Shown here one piece after another: positions 8,989-18,742 of a DNA stretch of 64,000 nt. Source of the DNA: Flavobacteriales bacterium UBA7690 (GTDB taxonomy: Bacteria; Bacteroidota; Bacteroidia; Flavobacteriales_F; PHOS-HE28); contig DLGQ01000109.1 of assembly GCA_002482775.1 (NCBI GenBank), positions 47,789-111,788 of the forward strand, read 5' to 3'. Every line of letters starts with the position of its first letter. Within the stretch, counting starts at the first letter, position 1. The notes beneath the pieces were generated by a model, which saw nothing but the letters and a program-made list of their open reading frames with translations, did no database searches and was not told where the DNA came from. A program made the position numbers and the translations under genes.

Positions 8989-9327
8989 TCAATGCCGCCA
9001 AGGAATGCCCGTGACGATGACGCCCCCGTTCGGCTGCGGTGTCACTTTACACGCCACCATTTCACCACCGGGGCATTTGTTCCAACGCACCATGGAGTCG
9101 TCGATATCACGTCCGAAGGCCAGTGGTGTTTGGAAAGCAGCTGACCGGACCGCGACATACAAGGCACAGGTCTTTTGGTCGAAGATGAAGTCGAAGAGGT
9201 CGATGTCCGCCGGTGCGGTGGTAGGTTGCGCTGCTGTTAGGACCGGCAGTAGTGGTTGTCGCTTCACGGCTTGTTGACCGTAGGTATCGGTGCAGAAGAG
9301 GAGCGTGGCGAAGGAAAGCACCCACAT
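8989..9327 (-). CDS. hypothetical secreted protein
   Basis: Internal start MWVLSFATLLFCTDTYGQQ with a hydrophobic signal-like N-terminus. Confidence 0.4.
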   Translation of the reverse strand: MWVLSFATLLFCTDTYGQQAVKRQPLLPVLTAAQPTTAPADIDLFDFIFDQKTCALYVAVRSAAFQTPLAFGRDIDDSMVRWNKCPGGEMVACKVTPQPNGGVIVTGIPWRH

Positions 9328-9621
9328 GCTGATGCTGCGCGTGGGGGTTTCCGGTGTTGCGCGACCGGGAAGGTCCTGGGATATTGCCGCGCGGGTTTGT
9401 GCAGGGTTGAGCATGGTATTGGGACGGGCTTGGAACGAACATTACGAAGGTGGTGAAGTTCATCGCGTCTAGCGCATGCCAGCGAGAACGGTCATCACGA
9501 TATGCCCCATCCATCACGTGCAGCATGGGTTCGGGGCTGTGCACCATCCGTACGACCGATCAGGGAACGGAACGCGCCACCCTTCTGTATCCATTATGAA
9601 TTTGCATCTTGCGTCAGATCC

Positions 9622-10140
9622 ATGCGCAGCGCACTCCCTCTTTTGTTCCTTGTCGTCTCGTTGTTCTCCGCATCGAAGGTTCTGGCCCAAGGCGGTGTGC
9701 GTGCGATCTTTTGGGATTACATGAGTTTGGGACCGAACAACTGGGCCAATGGTCTGGGCCTGGGATATGACCAGGACCTGAACGATCGACTATCCCTTGG
9801 TATCCAGGGACGCATCTTGCTGTCGAACGAGGCGAAATGGTCGGTGAGTTACCGGAGTGCCTATCACCTCGCCGACAACGATGAGGCCTCTTTCTACATC
9901 GGCCCACAGGTTGCTGTGATGAGCTATGAGACACGGAACGGGAACTCCACCTTGGTGCCCATCGGTATGCGTTGTGGTGTGCGCGGAGGTCTGGAGCGTT
10001 TCTACGCCGATATTTTCGCAGCTGTGAACTACACGATCGGCGCTTCTGGTGTGGAGCTCACTTCCCGTGACCCGACGTTGAGCGCTTCGTTGATCGAGAT
10101 CGGCCTACACATGGGCTGGGGTTGGGACAAGGCGCGCTAA
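9622..10140 (+). CDS. hypothetical outer-membrane-like protein (beta-strand rich, 172 aa)
   Basis: Signal peptide MRSALPLLFLVVSLFSASKVLAQ. Alternating hydrophobic pattern. Aromatic-rich C-terminus (LHMGWGWDKAR). Confidence 0.5.
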   Translation: MRSALPLLFLVVSLFSASKVLAQGGVRAIFWDYMSLGPNNWANGLGLGYDQDLNDRLSLGIQGRILLSNEAKWSVSYRSAYHLADNDEASFYIGPQVAVMSYETRNGNSTLVPIGMRCGVRGGLERFYADIFAAVNYTIGASGVELTSRDPTLSASLIEIGLHMGWGWDKAR

Positions 10141-10317
10141 GTACAGCCGAGGTATCGTCCCGTGATGTGGATCCGTGCGTGACCTGTGCGTTGGGAACGC
10201 GTGCCTTGCGCGATACCCCCTTCCGTGATCCGTGCCGCGTGCTTCAACACCTGTAGGTGCTATTCGAGAAGAAGAATGGTCCGGTGCAGGTGATACGACA
10301 CTGGTGGGCAAGCAAAA

Positions 10318-10352
10318 GCCCCCACCCGTTCAAGGATGAGGGCTTCTGCTCG
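10318..10352 (-). terminator. terminator-like hairpin downstream of the giant T9SS gene
   Basis: On the minus strand: AAGCCC, an 18-nt loop, GGGCTT, then TTTTG. Confidence 0.35.
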
Positions 10353-10364
10353 TGATCCTGGATA

Positions 10365-13300
10365 TCACTCCACGATGATGCGACCCGTGGCGATCCGATC
10401 ACCGCTCACGATCCGATAGAGGAACACACCCTGGCTCATCCCGGTGACGTTCCATTCGATCCTGTGCGGCAGCCCTTCTGCCAAGATGCCCAAGTGGCGC
10501 TGCTCCACCAATGTGCCGTTGAGCGAGTGGATCTCGAAGGTCGTCGGTTGGTCGTTCGAGGTTCCTTCCAGTTGCAGGTTCGCGATCGCGTTCGCCGGGT
10601 TGGGGAACACGGCCACCTTCAGCAGTGTTTCCTCTGCCGTTACGATGGAAGGCGTGTTGGTGTTCTCCACCACCAACCCCGAGATGCCACCAGGGCATTG
10701 CAGATAACCATTGTTCGTGGTGCCACCGGCATAACCCGTGTTTATGGCTGCAAGCGCAGCGGCAAGCGTGGTACGGCTGTAGAGGCCTCCGCAGTTCCCG
10801 ATCTTGGAGTCCGCTTCATCGATCAATTCCTGCACGGTCCAACCGGAGAACGTTCCACTGGTGATCACCATGTTCTTGAGCAAGGTTGTAGATGGGCTGA
10901 AGGCGGTGTTCAACTCATCGAAACGGACGCTCAATTTCAGGGCTACCAATTCACCCGCAAGCGCGTTGCTGTAGGTGGTGGGGTTCTGCATGGTACCGCT
11001 CGGCAGTCTGGCGCTGCTGCCGGTGGAGGGTAGGAACGCGATCACAGCCGACGCGCTGGTCAAGCGTAAGAACCTGCCGCCACAACCGATGGTGAGGAAG
11101 CCAGGCGACGGGAAAGCCGCAGCGAAGTTGCTGGTCAAGTAGGATGCCGCAGTTCCGGAAGTCGCTCCCCAAGCCGCTTGTGTTTCCGTGCGTGTGCCTG
11201 CACAACTGTTGCCCGCGAGGGTGATGGTGGTAGTGCAACTAGCCACACACCCACGCGCATCGGTCACCACGACCGTGTATGATCCGGATGCGGTCACCGT
11301 TGCGGAGGCTGTGGTCTGCACGGGTGAAGTGTTCCAGCTATAGGTGTAGGGAGCAAGTCCACCACTGGCCGTCACGCTAACGGTGCTCGTTGACGCATTT
11401 GAAGTGCAACTCGCGGTTGGTGGGGCGTTCACGGATACGACCGTGGCTGCAGAAGTGCCGGAACAAGTGCCGCTGGCCACGGAAACGGTATAACTACCGG
11501 CTTGGTTGGCCGTGTAGCTGTTGCTTGTAGCTCCACTGATCACCGTGCCATTCCTGCTCCATGTGTAGGTTGAACCGGAACTGCTGGCGGTGCTCAACAC
11601 TACGCTACTTCCTGTGCAGAGCGCTGTGTTGCCATTGGCCGTGATCGTTGGCGTGGTGCCCGTTCCGCTCACCGTTACCGTGATCGCACTGGAAGTGGCA
11701 GAAGAACCGCAGCCGGTCACGGTGCGTGTGTAGCTGCCTGCTTGCGTTGCCGTGTACGTGCTGCTGGTCGCACCGCTGATGGTGGTGCCATTTCGCCTCC
11801 AGCTGTAAGTGAAACCGGTGCCCGTATTTCCGCTCAGGACCACGCTGCCACCGGAGCAGAACGTGGTGGGTCCGGATGCTGTGATGGTTGCCGTAGGCGA
11901 AGTGCTCACGGTGATGTTGACAGGGGCCGATGTGGTGGAACAGCTGCCGTTGGTCACGGTCACCGTCATGGCACCGGTCTGGTAGGCTGTGTAGGCATAA
12001 CTCGTGGCCGCACCCGATATCGCCACCCCGTTCAACCGCCATTGGTAGCTATTCCCGCTGGCTTGTGCCGTGACTAGGATAACGTTGCCCCCATAGCAGA
12101 ATGTGGTGGGGCCGAGTGCGGTGATGGTTGGTGTGGCACCTGTGCCGGAGCCTGCCGTAACGCTCACGGCGTTGGAAGTCACGGAACAGCCACCTGTGGT
12201 GATGGTCGCTGTGTACGAACCGGTGAGGTTCGCGGTGTAGCTGCTGGTTGTAGCTCCGGAGATCACGTTACCGTCCCGCCGCCAGGCGTAGGTATACCCA
12301 CTACCGGAAGTGGCGTTCAGGACAACACTGCCGCCGGAACAGAAGCTCGTGCTGCCGGCCGCAGTAACGCTGGCTGTAGGTGCTGCGTTCACGGTCACGG
12401 TAATGGCGTTGGATGTCGTAGAACACCCCCCGTTGCTCACCACCACGGTGTAGCTTCCGGCCTGTGTGGCGCTGTAGCTGCTGGCGGTGGCACCGGAAAT
12501 GGTGGTTCCACCTCGGCGCCACACGTAGGTGAAGCCGCTACCGGTGTTGGCACCCAGGGTCACGCTGCCGCCGTTGCAGAAGGTGGTGGAGCCGTTGGCC
12601 GTTATCGTCGCTGTTGGGGCGGAATTGATGGAGACCACCGTGCCTGCGGAAGAGACCGAGCACCCACCGCTGGTGATCGTCACCACATACGTGCCCGCTT
12701 GGTTCGCCGTGTAACTGCTGCTCGTAGCACCGCTGATGGTGGTGCCACTGCGTTTCCAGATATACGTGTATCCGGTGCCGGTAGTGGCGTTTAACACTAC
12801 ACTGCCTCCCGTACAGAACCCTGTGGTGCCCCCAGCATTGATCGTTGCCGTGGGTGCTGTGTTCACCGTTACGTTGGTGGCCCCCGATGTGGTGGTGCAT
12901 CCACCATTGCTCACGACGAGGGTATAGCTGCCAGCTTCCGTTGCGGTGTAACTACTGCTTGTAGCGCCACTGATCGCCGTTCCGTTGCGCCTCCATACAT
13001 AGGTGAGTCCGGTGCCCGTGTTCCCGTTCAGTACCACACTACCACCTGTGCAGAAGGTGGTGGCACCGCCAGCAGAAATGGTGGCAGTTGGCGCGCTGTT
13101 CACGGTGACGTTGACGATGGCGGAGCTTGTGGAGCATCCGCTGTTGGTGATGGTGACGGAGTAGGCTCCGGCTTGTGTGGCGGTATAGCTGCTGCTGGTG
13201 GCACCACTGATGGATACCCCACCGCGCTTCCACACGTAGGAGTAACCTGATCCTGTGCTCGCGTTCAGCACTACACTACCACCACTACAGAAGCCCGTAG

Positions 13301-15191
13301 CACCAGCGGCGGTGATGCTGGCTGTCGGTGTTATGCTGGTACCTGCGCACTGGCAGCTCGCATTGTACACATCGTTGATGGTGCAGGCGTTGTTGTCATT
13401 GCACGCGGACCCCACGGTAGCGCTGCCACCGACCACACCAAGGCAATCGGTCGTGGTAACGGAGCCGCTGGCCGTGGCCAATGCGCCGAGGGACATGTTG
13501 TAGTAGCTGCCGCTCGCGCTGGTCTCCAACACCACGGCACGTACCATGTATTGTTGGCCGGAAGCGAAGGGGATGGCACCGTTGGAATAGCTGGTACCTG
13601 TCACCGGGTTGGTGGTCAACCGGGTGATCGCTCCGGAAGAGGCATCAATGCGGTAGATATGGTAACCGGAAACGGTCTCCGCAGCGGCGCTCCACGTGAA
13701 CGAAGCGTTGCCGCTGTTGTTGGTCACGGCCAGGTTCGTTGGTGGCTTCACCATCTTCATGCGCAGGCTGGGGTCGCCCATCAGGTTCAAGTGGGTGCGG
13801 CCGATGGACGATTGCCATCCTTCGGTGATGGGCAGGTAGAGGCCCGTGTTGTTCATGGTCTCGCGTGCACCATATCCGATGTTCTCTCCCATGCCCATGT
13901 GGTGGAAGTACCACGCCGGAATGCCTGCCCAGCAATTGGTGAGGCCATCGCCGCGTGCGATGATGGCGCGCAGGAAGTTGTTGCGGTTATCGTAATCCAC
14001 GAAGAAGCTGCCCAACGCCATGTTGAACACACCGCCCATGGTCACGCTGCTGGCAAGTTGCTGCGTCGTGGTACCACCATCCGTACCGTTGTAGGTCACC
14101 ACAGAGCCGTCCAACGCTTGTTGACCACCACCGTAGTGGGCGGTCCACAAGTAGCTTTGGCCGTTCACGTAGTCCCTGAAATCGAGCACTGGTGCTGCAG
14201 GTACTGGGTTGCTGAGGCCGGTCATGGCAGAAGCGCGCCAGCCACTTCCACCAACAGGATTACCGAGCCATTCGAGCTTGTCGATCACCAACGCACGTGT
14301 GGTCGGGGCCCATTGTTTCACCTTGTAGTTGTGCGAGCGGTTCAGGTAGCTGCGCATCAGTTCCACTTCGCTGGTGCCGAAGGCGGGCATGTCGTACATA
14401 TCCACGCGGCCCACTTGCAATTCCACTGCGGAAGGGAAATCGCTCTGGTCGAATTTGCCATCACCGGGAACGTTCCATGTGCGCTGCTGGCTCGCTACCG
14501 TCACGTTCACGCTGTTGTCCGTCCATGTTCCGTTCACGTCAGCGTAGTATCCATCCGTTGGCCGTGCGCCACGCGCATCATCATGGCCATCGGGGTATAC
14601 GTTGCCGGAGTAGGGCACGGGTACGTGCCCGATGATGTAAAGCGCCTTCACATTGGTGGGGTCGCTGTTGTAGTGGCCTTGTACCACGCTCTTCACACTG
14701 GTCACCGTTGCTGTACGGGAAACATCGCTACGCAGAACGGCCCAGCCATCGCCGCGTAGGTCGTTCGTCAGCTGGGTCAGCTCCGTGGCCAGCGCAGAGG
14801 AGAGCGTGTTGTCCACCAACAGGATGATCTTGCCGCGATAGTCCACTACGGGCAACTGGATGCCGGTACTGATGTAGCCGATGCCGGTCACGCCGCCGGC
14901 CACCCGTACGATCTTGTATTCGTAGTTCGTCCCGATCACGGCACTGTTGTCCGTCCAGGTCAATGCGGAAGCGGACGGTGTGGCCACTGCGCTACCCCAC
15001 GAGGTGCTGGTCTTGGTCTTGCGATAGATTGTAAGCGACGATGTGCTACCGATGGAGGCCCAGTTGAGGGTGATCGACGGTGCGGTGGACACGGTAGCCG
15101 TGATGCGTACAGCGGCCTTCTCGGAAGAGGACTGTGCTGAAATGCCCAAGGCAAGGACAAGCGAAAGCGTAAAGAGGAGGATTCGAAGCAT
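10365..15191 (-). CDS. very large T9SS-sorted cell-surface protein (1609 aa): N-terminal globular domain, about nine tandem Ig-like repeats of about 77 aa, one SprB-like repeat, and a C-terminal T9SS sorting domain
   Basis: Signal peptide MLRILLFTLSLVLALGISAQ. Repeats of the form TATIxAxGxTTFCxGGSVxLxAxTGxGYTYxWxRxGxxISGATSSSYTAxQAGSYTV. A GGLAPYTYSW SprB-type repeat. C-terminal FPNPANAIANLQLEG...GVFLYRIVSGDRIATGRIIVE CTD. Confidence 0.8.
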   Translation of the reverse strand: MLRILLFTLSLVLALGISAQSSSEKAAVRITATVSTAPSITLNWASIGSTSSLTIYRKTKTSTSWGSAVATPSASALTWTDNSAVIGTNYEYKIVRVAGGVTGIGYISTGIQLPVVDYRGKIILLVDNTLSSALATELTQLTNDLRGDGWAVLRSDVSRTATVTSVKSVVQGHYNSDPTNVKALYIIGHVPVPYSGNVYPDGHDDARGARPTDGYYADVNGTWTDNSVNVTVASQQRTWNVPGDGKFDQSDFPSAVELQVGRVDMYDMPAFGTSEVELMRSYLNRSHNYKVKQWAPTTRALVIDKLEWLGNPVGGSGWRASAMTGLSNPVPAAPVLDFRDYVNGQSYLWTAHYGGGQQALDGSVVTYNGTDGGTTTQQLASSVTMGGVFNMALGSFFVDYDNRNNFLRAIIARGDGLTNCWAGIPAWYFHHMGMGENIGYGARETMNNTGLYLPITEGWQSSIGRTHLNLMGDPSLRMKMVKPPTNLAVTNNSGNASFTWSAAAETVSGYHIYRIDASSGAITRLTTNPVTGTSYSNGAIPFASGQQYMVRAVVLETSASGSYYNMSLGALATASGSVTTTDCLGVVGGSATVGSACNDNNACTINDVYNASCQCAGTSITPTASITAAGATGFCSGGSVVLNASTGSGYSYVWKRGGVSISGATSSSYTATQAGAYSVTITNSGCSTSSAIVNVTVNSAPTATISAGGATTFCTGGSVVLNGNTGTGLTYVWRRNGTAISGATSSSYTATEAGSYTLVVSNGGCTTTSGATNVTVNTAPTATINAGGTTGFCTGGSVVLNATTGTGYTYIWKRSGTTISGATSSSYTANQAGTYVVTITSGGCSVSSAGTVVSINSAPTATITANGSTTFCNGGSVTLGANTGSGFTYVWRRGGTTISGATASSYSATQAGSYTVVVSNGGCSTTSNAITVTVNAAPTASVTAAGSTSFCSGGSVVLNATSGSGYTYAWRRDGNVISGATTSSYTANLTGSYTATITTGGCSVTSNAVSVTAGSGTGATPTITALGPTTFCYGGNVILVTAQASGNSYQWRLNGVAISGAATSYAYTAYQTGAMTVTVTNGSCSTTSAPVNITVSTSPTATITASGPTTFCSGGSVVLSGNTGTGFTYSWRRNGTTISGATSSTYTATQAGSYTRTVTGCGSSATSSAITVTVSGTGTTPTITANGNTALCTGSSVVLSTASSSGSTYTWSRNGTVISGATSNSYTANQAGSYTVSVASGTCSGTSAATVVSVNAPPTASCTSNASTSTVSVTASGGLAPYTYSWNTSPVQTTASATVTASGSYTVVVTDARGCVASCTTTITLAGNSCAGTRTETQAAWGATSGTAASYLTSNFAAAFPSPGFLTIGCGGRFLRLTSASAVIAFLPSTGSSARLPSGTMQNPTTYSNALAGELVALKLSVRFDELNTAFSPSTTLLKNMVITSGTFSGWTVQELIDEADSKIGNCGGLYSRTTLAAALAAINTGYAGGTTNNGYLQCPGGISGLVVENTNTPSIVTAEETLLKVAVFPNPANAIANLQLEGTSNDQPTTFEIHSLNGTLVEQRHLGILAEGLPHRIEWNVTGMSQGVFLYRIVSGDRIATGRIIVE
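11280..13330. repeat. about nine in-frame tandem DNA repeats (period about 231 bp) inside the adhesin gene
   Basis: Recurring segments such as ccgctgatggtggtgccatttcgcctccagctgtaagtgaaaccggtgcc at 231-bp spacing (11540, 11771, 12020, 12255, 12497, 12728, 12965, 13205). Confidence 0.8.
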
Positions 15192-15628
15192 GATGTCTGG
15201 TTTTACAAGGAGCGGACCGCAGTGTGATCGTTCAGGACATGGATCGAGGGTTGAGACCCGGACCTGAGCGATGGTCACCTGGAGAATGGTTCACACGATG
15301 CGTGCGGACCCGCTACCAGCGAGAAGGACAGGAACGAAGTGGATTGGAGCATGGGGTCAAAACTAGGCCCCAGAGCAGGTATGAGTCCAGTGTGGAAGCC
15401 GCGTCTGACGTGTGTTCTAGCCCGCTTTGGCGGCATGTTCCGATGGTCCATCGCCATTATGCATGGACTCACGCCGTATGATCAATGGTTCGTCGGTTCA
15501 AGAGTGCTTTCTACGAATACGATCCTTAGCCCGTTGGAAGCTGAAGTTCACCCGATGATGCATGGAAGTGCACAGGTTGGATCGGAAAACGGGGTGGGGC
15601 GATACGAGGTGATCGTTGCCCGATCGGC

Positions 15629-16537
15629 TCAAGGCTGTGTCGTCCAGATCCTGCCGATCAATTGGCGCTGGGCCTCCACGGTCAAATGCAGCGGGTCACG
15701 CCAGAAGCTCCGATCGGTCGGGAAAAGCCCGGGTCGGTCAAGGTCGATCACCGGTGCCATGGTTTTCAAACGAGTGATGTAGGCCTCGCGCTTCGGCCCC
15801 AGCCCAGCGTCGCGCATGATGGCTTGCAGATCGGGGTGCGTTGGGTATTCCACGAACACGAGCTGCGCGCCCTCGGCGTTGCAACGGTCGGCCATGTACT
15901 GGAGCTTGTTGAACACCGTGGTGTCGATGCGGAAGTCGTTGGCACTGGCGCTTTCCGCTTCCAGGACCAGCCGCCATTGCTCTTCGGTAGGACTGTCATA
16001 GGTCACCGGGAACCACGAGCTGTAGATGTTCAGTCCAGCGGATTCGATCACCCTGCGATTGTACGTATAGGAATACGGTCTTTCAAGGATGGAACGTGGT
16101 TCTTGATAGATATCGAAATCACGCGAAGCATCCAGCCCGCGGAACGCCACTTGAACATACACCTTGCGCAAGGTGGCCAGGCTGTCCGCGTAACGGAACA
16201 GGTGGTCCATGGTCACATAGTTTCCACCTGGGATGCCGAAGTTGAAGTACCGATCGCCGGTGGCGCGTTCAAGACTGTCGAGGTCGAAATAGGAAAGACG
16301 ACTATCGCCCAATAGCACATTGGCCCGTGGTTCGCGACGGAATGCCACGAGCTTCCACATCATGTTGCTGAAGGACATGGTGCGTCCACTGTGGTAGAGG
16401 TTCTTCTCTTTAAGCTCTTGCGAAATGGGGCCCCCTTGGTGATACAGCGAGTAGGGATCCACCCAAGCGACCAACGCGAACAACGCGAACATCGGTAGCG
16501 AAAGCTTGAAGCACTGGAGAAGGAAGCGGCCCACCAT
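15629..16537 (-). CDS. MBOAT-associated periplasmic partner protein (DltD/AlgJ/PatB-like; putative SGNH-type O-acetyltransferase or esterase)
   Basis: Single N-terminal TM helix followed by a periplasmic domain. Starts 4 bp after the MBOAT stop, in the arrangement typical of two-component O-acyltransferase systems. Confidence 0.5.
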   Translation of the reverse strand: MVGRFLLQCFKLSLPMFALFALVAWVDPYSLYHQGGPISQELKEKNLYHSGRTMSFSNMMWKLVAFRREPRANVLLGDSRLSYFDLDSLERATGDRYFNFGIPGGNYVTMDHLFRYADSLATLRKVYVQVAFRGLDASRDFDIYQEPRSILERPYSYTYNRRVIESAGLNIYSSWFPVTYDSPTEEQWRLVLEAESASANDFRIDTTVFNKLQYMADRCNAEGAQLVFVEYPTHPDLQAIMRDAGLGPKREAYITRLKTMAPVIDLDRPGLFPTDRSFWRDPLHLTVEAQRQLIGRIWTTQP

Positions 16538-16540
16538 GGT

Positions 16541-17986
16541 TCAGAACTGGAAGTAGATGAACTCGCCGCCACCAAGGGGTGCGCAGACGATGATGATGGC
16601 GATGATGCCGTAGTACAATGCGTAGCGTATCGGCCTGGTGGCCCGCCCATCCATCTGCAGGCCGTACTGTCGCTCGCGATTGATCCACTCGAGCAGGAGC
16701 ATGATGCCGATACCCATGGCGCTGATACCCAACGTGAGCGCACTGCTGACCTCCGGGCTGTTGAACAACGATCGCGAGAAGATGCGGCCGATCACTTCGT
16801 AGGCCTGGTCCATGCTCTGTGCGCGGAAGAAGATCCACGCGAAACAGGCCATGGCGAAAGTGACCAGCACTTGGAACAGCTCGCGCAAGCTGGGGAATAC
16901 GCGGCCCTGTGCCACGGTGCCGCTCATGCTGCGGTGTTTGTCCATCACCACCAACGGCAGGAAGAACAATGCGTTGATGGCGCCCCATGCCACGAAGGTC
17001 CAGTTGGCACCATGCCAGAAACCGCTCACCAGGAAGATGATCATGGTATTGCGTACCACGAGCGCTTTACCGCCTTTGCTCCCACCCAGAGGTATGTAGA
17101 GGTAGTCGCGGAACCAAGTGCTGAGTGAGATGTGCCAACGGCGCCAGAACTCAGCGATGTCGCGCGAGAAGTAGGGGAAGGCGAAGTTGCGCATCAGCTC
17201 GAAGCCGAATAGGCGCGCACATCCGATGGCGATATCGCTGTAGCCGCTGAAGTCACAATAGATCTGGAACGCGAAGAGCACGGTGGCCAGCAACATGGTG
17301 CTGCCAGCATGTGCCGAAGGATCGGCGTAGAAATGGTTCACGATCTGCGCGCAGTTGTCGGCGATCACGATCTTCTTGAACAAGCCCCACAGCATCTGGC
17401 GAAGCCCATCGCGCGCCATGGCGATATCGAACGATCGTGTCCCTTCGAATTGCGGGATCATGTGCCGCGCACGTTCGATCGGTCCGGCGAGCATCTGCGG
17501 GAAGAAGCTCACGAAGGCGAAGAAGGTGACGGGGTCACTGGTGGCCTTCAACTGCTTGCGATACACGTCTATGGTATAGCTCAGGCTTTGGAAGGTATAA
17601 AAGCTGATGCCGACCGGTAGCACGAGGTTCAGCGTTCCCAGGTTGAAGGGGAGCCCCATCACGGTGAAGGCCGAATGGAAGCTGTTGATGAAGAAGTCGT
17701 AGTACTTGAAGAAGCCCAGCAGGCCCAGGTTCGCTACCAAGCTGATGGCGAGCAGGCCCTTGCGACGTTGTTGTTCGGTGGCTTTTTCGAGGCCGAGGGC
17801 GACCAGGTAATCGGTACCCGATGTGAAGATCAGCAGCCCCAGGTAGCGCCAGTCCCACCACCCGTAGAACACGAAACCGGCCAGGATCAGGAACGCGTTC
17901 TGCCCACGCAGGTTACCGTTCAATGCCCAGTAAAGCAGGAATACGATCGGTAGGAATACCGCGAAATCGATAGAGTTGAAAAGCAT
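16541..17986 (-). CDS. MBOAT family membrane-bound O-acyltransferase (AlgI/DltB/PatA-like)
   Basis: Multi-pass membrane protein with the catalytic His region FWRRWHISLSTWFRDYLYIPLGGSKGG characteristic of AlgI/DltB. Confidence 0.85.
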   Translation of the reverse strand: MLFNSIDFAVFLPIVFLLYWALNGNLRGQNAFLILAGFVFYGWWDWRYLGLLIFTSGTDYLVALGLEKATEQQRRKGLLAISLVANLGLLGFFKYYDFFINSFHSAFTVMGLPFNLGTLNLVLPVGISFYTFQSLSYTIDVYRKQLKATSDPVTFFAFVSFFPQMLAGPIERARHMIPQFEGTRSFDIAMARDGLRQMLWGLFKKIVIADNCAQIVNHFYADPSAHAGSTMLLATVLFAFQIYCDFSGYSDIAIGCARLFGFELMRNFAFPYFSRDIAEFWRRWHISLSTWFRDYLYIPLGGSKGGKALVVRNTMIIFLVSGFWHGANWTFVAWGAINALFFLPLVVMDKHRSMSGTVAQGRVFPSLRELFQVLVTFAMACFAWIFFRAQSMDQAYEVIGRIFSRSLFNSPEVSSALTLGISAMGIGIMLLLEWINRERQYGLQMDGRATRPIRYALYYGIIAIIIVCAPLGGGEFIYFQF

Positions 17987-18171
17987 CGCTGCGCTGTCGC
18001 GAAGGGCGTTCTACGGCAACCACGTGCAGTGGGTTCCGTGGACGAAGGCCTTCACCCCGACCGATCCAAAGCTACCCGTGTAAAGCGCCGTGGCTAAGCA
18101 ACCTGGCGAGGGAATTCCATGCTGCGTTGTTGATGGCCAAGGTCCCCCGCCGCGCCCTAACTTTCGGAAGA

Positions 18172-18591
18172 ATGAGTTTCGACACCCGAACAATAGAGAC
18201 CCGCATCGCTTCAATGTCCTTGGTGGGCCCGGGCTTCATCGAGCAGCGTTTCCGTGCCGGGGAGCGTATCGATCTGGCTGGCTTCGCCGAGAACAAGAAG
18301 GCGCGCTTCGCACTGGCCAATGGCGAGACCTGCGTCATGCTCAGCATCATCCCCAAGGACATGGACTTCGATGTTAGCGTTACCGGCGTTGATCATTTCG
18401 CACCGGAACGCGGCCATGACACGCTGCGTGCATTGGCCGTGGTCGTGCACGATAACATGGCCGAAATGGTGACCAAGTTGTTCTTCTCGTACTTCCCCAC
18501 CGTGTTCCGCACCAAAGTGTTCGATGGAGAGGCTGAAGCGCGCAGTTGGTTGACGGAACAGCTCGTGGAGATCGCCCGCGAAGAAGCGTGA
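18172..18591 (+). CDS. hypothetical protein, paralog 1 (139 aa)
   Basis: Shares LVGPGFIEQRFR...ARSWLTEQL architecture with the downstream paralog (LVAPSFIEQRYR...ARRWLTDML). Confidence 0.5.
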   Translation: MSFDTRTIETRIASMSLVGPGFIEQRFRAGERIDLAGFAENKKARFALANGETCVMLSIIPKDMDFDVSVTGVDHFAPERGHDTLRALAVVVHDNMAEMVTKLFFSYFPTVFRTKVFDGEAEARSWLTEQLVEIAREEA

Positions 18592-18742
18592 ACGGATCGC
18601 GTTAACGGAGGGCGTGCGAATGGTTGCCTCTAGGCAACCGATCCGTTGTCCTCCGTATTCTCCTTGCTGACCGGTGGAAGCCCCGGATCGGCCACCACCA
18701 TGTTCAGCACAACGACCACCGTCGTCCGCCACATTATTGCCC

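Noticed and set aside
11280-13330. Regularly spaced repeats that could be mistaken for a CRISPR array
   Set aside because: The repeats are 231 bp, imperfect, and translated in-frame as Ig-like domains within a continuous 4.8-kb ORF. There are no short unique spacers and no cas genes.
13551-14759. Long antisense ORFs in the track that overlap real genes, for example 13551-14759 +, 19919-20488 +, 21264-22058 -, 40443-41657 -, 41667-42746 -, 42810-43844 - and 53268-54335 -
   Set aside because: These are typical high-GC artefacts. They lie opposite genes with clear family signatures and have Arg/Ala/Gly/His-rich, motif-less translations.
15339-15782. 147-aa ORF in the intergenic region upstream of the adhesin
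   Set aside because: It overlaps the 3-prime end of the MBOAT-partner gene on the other strand and has no signal or motif. It is more likely a non-coding leader or promoter region.
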